DNA of 64,000 nt from Phoronis australis (taxonomy: Eukaryota; Animalia; Phoronida). Shown here one piece after another: positions 14,501 to 26,500 of the stretch. Location of the stretch: NCBI GenBank assembly GCA_002633005.1, contig NMRA01000380.1:62001-126000 (forward strand), read 5' to 3'. The position numbers were made by a program, and so were the translations under genes. Numbering within the stretch: position 1 is the stretch's first letter; the number at the start of each line of letters is the position of its first letter. The notes under the pieces were generated by a model. It was not told the DNA's origin. It searched no databases and saw only the letters and a program-made list of their open reading frames with translations.

Positions 14501-17500
14501 CTACCGACTTGGTGTTTGTCACATGTAAGCAAACAAATTTTGAACTAATTTAAAAGGAAGTAAACTTCGTTTCGAAGGCAACATAATATACATAACATAC
14601 AAGTATGAACCCAGTGATTTTTATCACTTGATCCTAATTTGACTTTCAGCCAAAACTCAGGTTCCATGTGCAGATGGCGGAAGCAAGTGCGGCCATTATG
14701 CCGTCTGCAAGAACAAACAATGTGTGTGTAGTAATGGTTACGTCATGGTTAACGGTGTCTGCAAACGTAAGTAAACCCCAACCAAAATGTTAATGTATCT
14801 TAATGAATTCGTATACTCTGACATTGACAAGAGTGCAATGAGGTTTTGTAATCATTCAAACCCTATTGGCGCAAAAATTTCAGTTACGCGTTTGTTTATA
14901 GCCAAGGACGAAGTGCCATGCAGTCAAGGCGGTACAAAATGTGGAGACCACGCCTCGTGCGAAGATAGATCCTGTACATGTGATTCTGACTATATTATGG
15001 CCGACGGCTTATGTATACGTAAGTTGAAACAACAATAAAGTACAAATTTGCTCACGTATAGTTAATGCATTGTTGTAACACAGGGATGAAGCGCACTGCT
15101 CAGGATTATTCTCATTAAAACGACGAATATAAGCTAAAATTTTCGGTCATGAATTGTAAATCCGACGGCTTCTTTTTACCTTAGTGCACCTGTTTCAAAT
15201 AACTGTCAACAAGCGAATGATCATCTACTTCAATGGATGTTTTGGAATAACATTCTCAGTAAATAAACGAGTGTACTTTGTATGTGTAGTATCAAATGCT
15301 TTATAGCCATAGATGAAATGCCATGCAACCTGGGTGGCACCAAATGCGGTTCTAATGCTGTATGCAAGGATGGCAACTGCGAGTGTGTTTCTGAGGACTT
15401 CATCATGATCGAAGAAGAATGCAAACGTAAGCACAAACAAAAAATTGTTTAGCGTTGCAACGTTTGTGGAAAGGGTTACACATGCTCACGTGACAGAACA
15501 CTTCAACAGTAGAAAATTTTACAGTTAGATATCAATTGTCCTTCTTTTGGAGGGGCCCTCCTACTTTTTGAAGGTTCGTATTTTGTCTAGCAACAACATC
15601 GGGATGACTGACTTTTTGACAAATGTGGCGATCGATCTTCATATAGTCAGGCCCTTGAGTATGAAACTTGGCTGCATATGGTCGTATTTCTCCAAATTAG
15701 TCGCTCAGTTAGATAATTCATTTCACTGGTACCACTAAAAAACATTTCTCTGGAATCTTATTTGTAGGAATTTTCATTACATCCCTTGTCAAATCCTAGA
15801 CCCAGATATTCCGTTTCTCGTTCCCTTTGTAGTAATGCTTGAACGTACATATTGGTGAGTGACATATAAAGTCTTCCTTAACAATGATGGTGACGCCTGT
15901 CGTTAACCATTGTTCTTGTTTAACTTTGATGGCGACGGATGCAGCAAAACTTGAAAGTGTTCAGCATGGAACTTGCACCAACAAATCTGATCACATAGAT
16001 TAAAAGAGCACTGTTGTAAACTGTTTATCAAAGAGCAATGGAGTATAATCTCAGAACAGTACATGGAGGTTTGCAATGACTTGATAATTGTTACATGTAA
16101 GCAACCATCTCTTACAATCACTTAGAACAGAAATAATTAACTGTTTGAAAGGTAATGCAATATACACAACATTCAAATACATGTATGAAACCAATACTCT
16201 TTTATCACTTAAGCTTCCTTTGATTTTACAGGCAAAACTAATGTTCCGTGCGCAGATGGCGGAAGTAAGTGCGGTCATTATGAAGTGTGCGAGAACAAAC
16301 AGTGCGTATGCAAGAATGGTTACGTCATGGTTAACGAGGTCTGCAAACGTAAGTAAAACACAACTGAAGCGTTAATGTAGCCTAATGAGTTCATTTACAC
16401 TGACACTGACAAGTTTGCAACAATCTTCCAAATCCTTTTGATGAAAAACCTTTTTTCGTTTATGCGTTTCGTTTTACTCAAAGACGGAGTGCCAAGCAGA
16501 CAAGGCGGTACTAACTATGGAGATAACTCTGTATGCAAAGATTAAGCTGTGCATGTGTTTCTGGATTGATTGTGTTTGGCGGTGAATGCAAACGCATGTT
16601 CAAACTAGAATAAAGTACGAGTTGAAACTTGTGGAATTTGCTTATTGTTGTGAAACAGGAAGGGGCTGCACTGCAATTGACCATGCATATTGGAAATCCG
16701 GTTACAAGTTGCAGTTTATGAACGTCAAGTTTAAATTGGGCGATTTCATTTTGTTTATGAATCTGATTGTTTTGTCTTAGTGTACGTGCTTTAAATAGTG
16801 ACGAACGAACATCATTATCGTTTACGTACATCAATGTTTCGGAATGATATTCTCAAAAATTAAAAAAGTATACTTTTTATGCCTAATGTCGACTGCTTTG
16901 TAGCCGTAGATGAAGTGCCATGCAACCAAGGCGGCACCAAATGCGGTTCTAATGCTGTATGCAAGGAGGGCAACTGCGAATGCGTTTCTGATGACTTCAT
17001 CATGATCAACGGAGAATGCAAACGTGAGTTCCAGTAAAAATTGTTTAGTTTGGCAACGTTTGTGGAAAAGCTTATGCATACTCACGTTATAGAACACTTC
17101 AACAGTAAAACTTTTTACAGTGAGAAACCAATTTTCCCGCTTTTGAAGGGGCCATCCTACTTTTTGAAGGTTCGTCATTTGTCCAGCAACTACATTGGAA
17201 TGACTGACTTTTTGAGAAACGTGGCAATCGATCTTCATATAGTCACGCCGTTGAGTACAAAGCTTGGCTGTATATGGTTGTCTTTCTCTACATTGCTCGC
17301 TCATTCAGATACATCATTTCACTGACAACACTAAAAAAATTTACCCGGCATTTTGTTGGTGAGAATTTTCATTTCATTCCTTGTCGAATCCTTGACTCAG
17401 ATATTCAGTTTTTTCGTTCCCTGTGTAGAGATGCCATATTAAACTGATTACTTATGTTAGAAAAAAACGTACCTGTTGATGCGTGACATATAAACTCTTC

Positions 17501-20500
17501 CTTAACAATGGTAGTGACGCCTGTCGTTAACCATTGTTCTTGTTTAACATCGATGGTGAAGGATACAGTCAAAACGTAAAAGTGTTCAGCATGGAACATG
17601 CGCCAAAAAATCTGTTCACAAAGATAAAAAGAGCACTGTTGTAACTTGTTTATCAAAGAGCAACGAAGTATAATCTCAGAACAGTACATGGAGGTTTGCA
17701 ATGACTTGATAATTGTCACATGTAAGCAACCATCTGTTACAATCCTTTAGAACAGAAATAATTAACTGTTTGAAAGGTAACGTAATATACACAACATTCA
17801 AATACATGTATGAACCCAGTATTCTTTTATCGCTTCAGCTTCGTTTGATTTTATAGGCAAAACTAATGTTCCGTGCGCAGATGGCGGAAGTAAGTGCGGT
17901 CATTATGAAGTGTGCAAGAACAAACAGTGCGTATGCAAGAATGGTTACGTCATGGTTAACGGGGTCTGCAAACGTAAGTAAAACACAACTGAAGCGTTAA
18001 TGTAGCCTAATGAGTTCATTTACACTGACACTGACAAGTTTGCAACAATCTTCCAAATCCTTTTGGTGAAAAACTTTTTCCGTTTACGCGTTTCATTTTA
18101 CTCAAAGACGAAGTGCCAAGCAGACAAGGCGGTACTAACTATGGAGATAACGCTGTATGCAAAGATTAAGCTGTGCCTGAGTTTCTGGTTTGATTGTGTT
18201 TGGCTGTGAATGCAAACGTATGTTCAAACTAGAATAAAGTACGTGTTGAAACTTGGGGAATTGGCATATTGTTGTGAAACAGGAACGCGCTGCACTGCAA
18301 GTGACCATTCACATTGGAAACCCGATTACAAGTTGCAGTTTACGAACGTCAAGTGTAAATTGGGCGATTACATTTTGTAAATGCATCTGATTGTTTTGTA
18401 TTAGTTTACGTGATTTAAATAGTGATGAGCGAACATCATTATCGTTTACGTCCATCAATGTTTCGGAATAATATTCTCAAAAATTAAAAAGTATTCTTTT
18501 ATGCCTAATGCCGACTGCTTTGTAGCCGTAGATGAAGTGCCATGCAACCAAGGCGGCACCAAATGCGGTTCTAATGCTGTATGCAAGGAGGGCAACTGCG
18601 AATGTGTTTCTGATGACTTCATCATGATCGAGGGAGAATGCAAACGTGAGTTCCAGTAAAAATTGTTTAGTGTGGCAACGTTTGTGGAAAAGCTTATACA
18701 TACTCACGTTATAGAACACTTCAACAATAAAACTTTTTACTGTGAGATACCAATTTTCCCGCTTTTGAAGGGGCCATCCTACTTTTTGAAGGTTCGTCAT
18801 TTGTCCAGCAACAACATTGGAATGACTGAGTTTTTGAGAAACGTGGCAATCGATCTTCATATATAAAGTCACGCCGTTGAGTACAAAGCTTGGCTGTATA
18901 TGGTTGTCTTTCTCTACATTGCTCGCTCATTCAGATATATCATTTCACTGGCAACACTAAAACATTTACCCGGCATGTTGTTGGTTAGAATTTTCATTTC
19001 ATTCCTTGTCGAATCCTTGACCCAGATATTCAGTTTTTTCGTTCCCTGTGTAGAGATGCCATATTAAACTGATTACTTATGTTAGAAAAAACGTACCTGT
19101 TGATGCGTGACATATAAACTCTTCCTTAACAATGGTAGTGACGCCTGTCGTTAACCATTGTTCTTGTTTAACATCGATGGTGAAGGATACAGTCAAAACA
19201 TAAAAGTGTTCAGCATGGAACATGCGCCAACAAATCTGTTCACAAAGATAAAAAGAGCACTGTTGTAACTTGTTTATCAAGGAGCAACGAAGTATAATCT
19301 CAGAACAGTACATGGATGGTTTGCAATGACTTGATAATTGTCACATGTAAGCAACCATCTGTTACAATCCTTTAGAACAGAAATAATTAACCGTTTGAAA
19401 GGTAACGTAATATACACAACATTCAAATTCATGCATGAACCCAGTATTCTTTTATCGCTTAAGCTTCGTTTGATTTTATAGGCAAAACTAATGTTCCGTG
19501 CGAAGATGGCGGTAGTAAGTGCGGTCATTATGAAGTGTGCGAGAACAAACAGTGCGTATGCAAGAATGGTTACGTCATGGTTAACGGGGTCTGCAAACGT
19601 AAGTAAAACACAGCTGAAGCGTTAATGTAGCTTAAAGAGTTAATTTACACTGACACTGACAAGTTTGCAACAAGATTTTGCGAATCTTCCAAATCCTTTT
19701 GGTGAAAAACTTTTTTCGTTTACGCGTTTCGTTTTACTCAAAGACGAAGTGCCATGCAGTCAAGGCGGTACTAACTATGGAGATAACGCTGTATGCAAAG
19801 GTTAAGCTGTGCCTGTGTTTCTGGTTTTATTGTGATTTTGGTGAATGCAAACGTAAGTTCAAACTAGAATAAAGCACGAGTTGAAACTTATGTAATGGAT
19901 ATTCATTGTTTTACATTTGGGATTTGTTGGTTTCAAACGGGATCTCTCAAGGCTTGTGTGTGTCAAATTTTACAAGTAACGCGGATGGTCATAACTACCC
20001 TGCTGTTTGTTTTATTATTAGTTGGTGGCACATTGTCACCCACCTTAACAGTTCAACATGTTATATAACTTTTGTAATTACTGATATCTGTAGTAGTTTA
20101 GTTTGTCGTAATTTATATGACTTTTTATCTCAACTACATGTGTTGTTTCACTGTAAACTAGCTTCGGTATCGCTTTGCAGTTAGCGCATATAAATTATAA
20201 CTAAAAATACGCTATGAAATGACTGCAGATTACTGTTTCCTTCATCAGCCAAGTCCGAGGTACCCTGTGCCAATGGCGGAACTAAATGTGGACCTAATTC
20301 AAGGTGCAAGAAGGGACGCTGTGTTTGCAAACGGGGTTACATCATGGTGGGAGACATTTGCAAACGTGAGTAACATTATATATTTTATCCACTAAAGAAG
20401 CAAAAGTTCTACGTGTACTTTAAAATGTGCTACGTTTTTTGTCTGTGTATCATTCAGGGATTTAGCTTCCAGACGATTCAGTTACTTCTTGATTGTTAAC

Positions 20501-23500
20501 ACCGTTGAAGGTACATGTAATCTAATGGTGAAGTGGCAATATTTTGTTTACAAAATTGCCATGTCACGTTTGCCAGTTGGACAACACGTCCATTCCCAGA
20601 GAAGTCTTTGTTTGAACGAGGTTCACTGTTTCAGCGAAACATGAAGTCCCTTGTAACGAGGGAGGTACGAAATGTGGAGCGAATGCTGCATGCGAAGCTG
20701 GACAATGTGTGTGCATCTCGGCTGACTTCATTGAGATAGACGGCGAATGCAAACGTAGGTATTTTGTAGTCTGTCTTCATTTTGCTCGAAGCCTTGTAGA
20801 GTTGCTTAATCCAAATTGTTTTTTGTAAAGAATGCGTGTCGAAACAGGTTTCTAACTCATGTCTGAAGAATAGTGTACACTCCCTTGTTGATTTATTTGT
20901 GTATTTGTTCATATTCTTGTCTTACTCTTTTGTAAAGATTTATTAAGAATCTGAATACGCAAAAAGAGCGCCCAATTTTTGTCCCCCGTGTGTGTTTTTC
21001 GTTTACAATTAATACGACAAAATGCATAAAAATGACTCCGTAGTTTAGTTCTGAATGCTTCCAGATGTACGTTTCAGTATTGATTATCAATGGATAGCGT
21101 TTCTTTAATGACGGTGTGCAGTATCAACAATCGTTCAGGGACTTTTCGTGATTTTTTAAGGTGGGACTCTACTAATTCTGCTCGACATTCCAGGCCATTA
21201 GGAAAAAAAACAAACAGGCTTACCATTTCAGGGCGATGGCGACCGTCTTTCATTTGAAATGTGAGCAAGTCCATCTTGTAAAACATGTGTAGCTATGAGT
21301 TTCGGTGAAACTCCTTAGCTCCATCGCGGAACGATGCCACTGACCTTCCATCCATATTTTACGTTTTTTGATGCCTTAGGAAAATCTAAAGTGCCATGTG
21401 CTGATGGAGGAAGGTTATGCCAGGACCCTAACGCTGAGTGCAAGAATAAAAAGTGTGTCTGTGTTGACGAATACATGATGGTTGACGGCGTTTGCAAAAG
21501 TGAGTATTTCTCCTCAATGCGAGCTCGTCACCGTTTCAGGGTTTGATTAGAAGAGTTATCAGTGATGCCAATCGTACACAAGCATCTTAGTATGCTTTCA
21601 CTTTGGTGTTTTCCATTGCCATTTAATTTTCTAAATTTTCGTTTGTTGGGGTAAGGACTACCCTGTTGAATGAATGTAACGCTTGCACCGAAGAGGCAGT
21701 TAAAGTAACGCCCAGGTGGTTTATTTTCATTAATTGTAGTCCAAAACCAGAGCATTTCATTTACACTAGTGTCACCCAATCTCGATCGTTTTCACCAAAA
21801 GTGTATTCTCTGGTCATTCATTCTGTTTACTCTCCAATGAAAAACTAACCGAACTTTCCCAACCTGAAGACGACACTATGGAATCATTACGCCCTCCTTT
21901 ATTCAAAATTCGTCAACGTTCTTTTGCACACACAGTATTGGCATGTTTGCTACATCACCAAAACAGACGTGCATATTAGCAATAAGGTTTGAAGGGGAAA
22001 TAGCACGCCCCTTCTGAATATTACACCCCTAGATGCGCTGCACACACGAAATGAAAGGCTACTTTGACGTGCTATTTGCTTAATCCGTAAACAAAAGAAG
22101 CCCGTCATAAAAACCCAGACGCTTTGAATTGCAACAATTAAAGCCGCAACCAGCAAAATACATTCAATTTGACAGTTGGAAAAATGATGGTGTAGGACGA
22201 GATGGTTCTGGCGAAATCCGCCCAACTTCCGAGAGCTCTTAAACTTTACCTGGTCATATCGAGTGTGAAGTTAAAATTGGGCACAAGCAAAACTCCTGTA
22301 CTATTTTGCCTTAACCAGGTTGTACACAGTCAGCAGTACGTCTATGTTAAAGTTATAAAGACACCAAATGACAGTGAGGTTAGTGACTGGGAGAGTACCA
22401 GCATGCAGCGGCAGATTTAGGGGGGTCAAGGGAATCATGCCCCCTAATATTCTCCCAAATTCCGTTTGGCAGTTCGGGGTGCGAATTTCTGAAGAACTAA
22501 ATGTTAAATAATATTTTGCCCTGTCTCCTCTAACTCAAAATCTTGAATCCGCCCCTGGCATGAGAGTGGTTTTCGAACTGATTAATAAGTGAATTCAAAC
22601 ATCAAGATGATTTCGATGTTTTAATTTAGAGATAACGGAAGTGCCGTGTGCTGATGGTGGTAGTAAATGCGGACCATTTTCCGTCTGCCAAAACTCACTA
22701 TGTGTCTGCATATCTGGTTACATCATGGTCGACGGTGTTTGCAAACGTAAGTATGTTTTGACCCTGAGTTCAGAGATGCAGAAATTGTGCCGATGCCACG
22801 GTTAAAACTTTTAATAAAGGGTACGCATAAAAGGCGATACATGTAAGTCTAACTTAAAAATATGTATATTGCTGTCCAAAAAAGATTTATTGTTCAATGT
22901 CCCGTTGTTCGAAGTACGAGAAGAATGAGTAAAGAATGCTGAACAGTTACAGAGAATTGATTGATATTGTTAACCACTTTTTAAATTTACATGTACATGT
23001 ACGGTTTACCTGAGTTTGTTTTATGAAACATGGCTGAAGGTCTACATGTAGGTCATAACTTCTAGCAAGGCGCCAGCGCTATAATCAAAGTAATGTAATT
23101 TTTAGGTCATTACTTTTGGTAACTTCTGAAAAATTATCGATTATTTTATATTTCGCAGACTTTTTGTTGTGAATTGAAATTAAATTATGAAACAGTCCAT
23201 AGATTTTAGTAACCTTTAAATTTTGACCTTCACCTTCCAGGTGTCTGTTCAAGAAACTATCAGTTCTCGGTAATTCAAAACCTGAAGCCAGAGATTTTGT
23301 ATTATTCTTGAGGATAAACGTTCGTCTGCCACGTCTGAAGAACTCCCCACATTGCATTGTACAGGCAATGTCTCCCACTATCCATAAACATGCACATTCA
23401 GTTTCTTCAGACTGAACAATTATTGGTCAGAATTGGTGGTCAGTAAACCACTAGAAATGTACTAAGTGATGGGAGCCCATCAAGCAAGCATTTCCGAGAA

Positions 23501-26500
23501 TTGTTCAAGTTTTCTTTATATTTTAGCTAAGGCTAATGTCCCCTGCAATAAAGGCGGAACAAAATGCGGTGCTAACGCTGTATGCAAAGACGGGAGCTGC
23601 GTCTGTGTGTCTGATGACTTCATTATGGTTGACGGCGATTGCAAACGTGAGTTTCTTTAATTTATGAATGATGAAAGCTGCGTCTGCGTTTCGCACACAC
23701 ACTGAGAGCGCAAACATATGTTTTATAACAAGTTCATTTACAAATAAATCTCTTTGTTGTTTTATGTAGTTGTGATGTTCTCGTACTATCATCTAAGCTC
23801 CAGTTCTGCGATAAGCAGACACCAAATCTCGCGGTAAAATTTCTCTGACGAGCGTAATTTAACCCACGCACGGACCAAAATTGCTTTAAATCCGTTAACA
23901 AGCGCTCGGCTTTGGTGTCTGTCGGTCCGTTTCTTAGGCTTAGGGGATCGTAGGTAAAATTAATAGGCACAACCGTGTAGTTTACTCTCTGAAATTGTCC
24001 ACACTACTTTCATTATGTGGGAAACCATTGAGTACATTGTACCTTATTCACTACTAACGTTACAGAATGCCATTGCACTATTTCGATTACCTCATGCTTT
24101 CAGCCAAAGAAACAGTTCCGTGTAGTGAAGGAGGGACAAAGTGTGGGTCAAACGCCGAATGTAAAGACGGGGCATGTGTGTGTATTTCTGATGACTTCAT
24201 TATGATCGACGGACAATGCAAACGTAAGTTATCTAGATAATTGTTGTATGCTTCATCAAAAGCACACGTACGTGTGTACAGACGGTCTGAAACCAGGTCG
24301 CAGGACCCCTTCTGCAGATGCGAATAAAAAAGACAATGCAAGTATGCTGTTTTAAAGGTATACGGTCCCTCAAACATATAGTTGTCCGCTCATCCTGGAT
24401 CCCTCAGTGATGTATAAGAGTTAGAGAATTCCGTCTCTTTAATATTGGAGTAAATTTATCTGATGGATACAAGGCGAAACAAAATGGCCGCCTCAGTTGA
24501 ATACCTGTTGTTTACTGGATTTAATGGTGGATTTCGGTTAATGAAGCGCAGTCTGTGAGCTAACTTGTAAAATTTGCTACCAACTCCAATGTCACGTAAG
24601 TAACAGCTATTCCACTATTTCGAAATCCGACAGGTAAAACAAAGGTACCTTGTGCTGACGGTGGGAGTTTATGCCAGGACCCTAACTCAGTGTGCAAAAA
24701 TGCGAACTGTGTCTGCGTTGACGGTTACATCATGGTTGAAGGCGTTTGCAAAAGTACGTAACTTTTTTAATTATTTAGCACAAATGATTATAGCTGATGA
24801 ATGATTCTAACATAGCCTTACAGCTATAATCTTGTCTACCCAGAGCACTCACCACAAAAATTTTTATTTACAATTCCAGAAAAAACCGAAGTGCCTTGTG
24901 GAGAAGGTGGGACCTTCTGTTCAGGCCCCAACACCAAATGTGAAAATAAAAAGTGCGTGTGCATTAAAGGTCACATCTTGATCGATGGCGTTTGCGAACG
25001 TGAGTAACTGGCAGTCATTCTCCTTTTTCTGTAAACTTGATATATGTATCTTTCGACGTACAAGACATCAATTTTTTACACAACACTTGACGAAAAACCT
25101 TGGAGGATGCGTGCAACGTATGTACGAAAATTATTCATCTCAACATTTCATGATTAAAAAACCTAACACCTGTGAACAGGTACTAAATTCAGCTGAATTA
25201 ATACTCCACATTTTAAAATTCGAACCATCTGCTGTACACAACTAGAACCAATATGTCAACAGATGTTACTCCTTAACACTGATGTACTTATTAATGTATC
25301 GGAAACTGGTTGCAGCTTTTGATGATAACTGGTTGCCTATATGTGGTTTCAGCGATAGATGAAGTTCCCTGTGCTCAAGGAGGCACCAAATGTGGAGCAT
25401 ACGCAGAATGTCAGAATGGGCGCTGTGTTTGCATTTCTGATGACTACGTTATGGTTAATGGAGACTGCAAGCGTATGTATAACACACTAACGTAAAGTTT
25501 ACACTATAATGTAATCGCACGCAATTTCTGGAACTGTGATTAGCTATTCCTAGCGTAGAACAACATATTGGCAAGTACGTATGCTTCTAGAACAAAACAT
25601 TGCGTGTGATAAAGTCATTTCCCAGTGGTCAAAAGTCTTTCCTTACTTTTGTTTCCAGCCAAGGACGAAGTTCCTTGCAGCCAAGGCGGTACAAAATGCG
25701 GACCACATGCCGTATGCAAAAATGGTGCGTGTGTCTGTGTTTCTGGCTACATTATGGTCGACGGAAAATGTGAACGTAAGTAATATGGCTGGATTTCTAA
25801 TGGTACAAGTAATTGGTCGAGGCATTGATTGACACAGGAGCCGATTTCGCATTAGTGTGTACCTTTCCCACTCCAGGTGGTACGGCACTACTTTGGTGGA
25901 TCGGACTGTTGCTACGTTCAAACGCTGCACACAATTTTTAATGAGTTTAACGGTCGTGACGCGTTCGGAAGGTGCCAACTCGCAATTGCGTGTGTTTAAC
26001 CTGCGCGGTACATGCATATATTGTAATGGAGATCAAAGTGTATTTGAACCTTTGGAAGATGTACAGGCTGAGTCCATTTTTTGACTGAACTATATACTTT
26101 GGACAACTTAACCGAACTTCGTCGTTAATTCCTGAAAAACTTCTCTTTCATTCCTTTTTGAAGTTAACATGTCCGATTAAATTAATTTTACCTGATTCTT
26201 AAGTACACGGTCGATAAAGGCGTTTTTTAAGGTAATATCAGATGCCAAAAAGCCAGGTAATTTTCCCGTATGAGTCCCATTGGTTCTTTTGTGACGTAGA
26301 TCACTTCTGGGAAATAAACGTTTCCGAAAGTCTTTCCATGGTCTCTTTAGGAAATTCCATACACCTCCGCGTCTAAGTGTCAATTTAAAGTACGTAATGT
26401 AACAGTAAGCAATTTACGATTATTATGTCTGTTTTCTACAACTTGCAATTGCTCATAGTTATTTGATTTTCCCAGATAAAAAGAATGTTCCTCGCGCAAA

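Larger units (their letters stand above)
14580..19890 (+). repeat. Intragenic tandem repeat with unit about 1.6 kb, about 3.3 copies (exons plus introns)
   Basis: Homologous exon starts 14650/16232/17857/19482 (spacing 1582, 1625, 1625) and 15307/16904/18526; intron text is near-identical between copies. Confidence 0.92.

Noticed and set aside
15547-19313. Repeated ORFs such as MFSLATFVEK... and MYCSEIILRC...
   Set aside because: They are intronic parts of the 1.6-kb tandem repeat. Frames and stops differ between copies and no domain is recognisable.
15225-24377. Recurring minus-strand ORFs (15230, 18455, 20564, 21315, 24087; MKSSETHSQLPSLH...)
   Set aside because: They are antisense shadows of the + strand EB exons.
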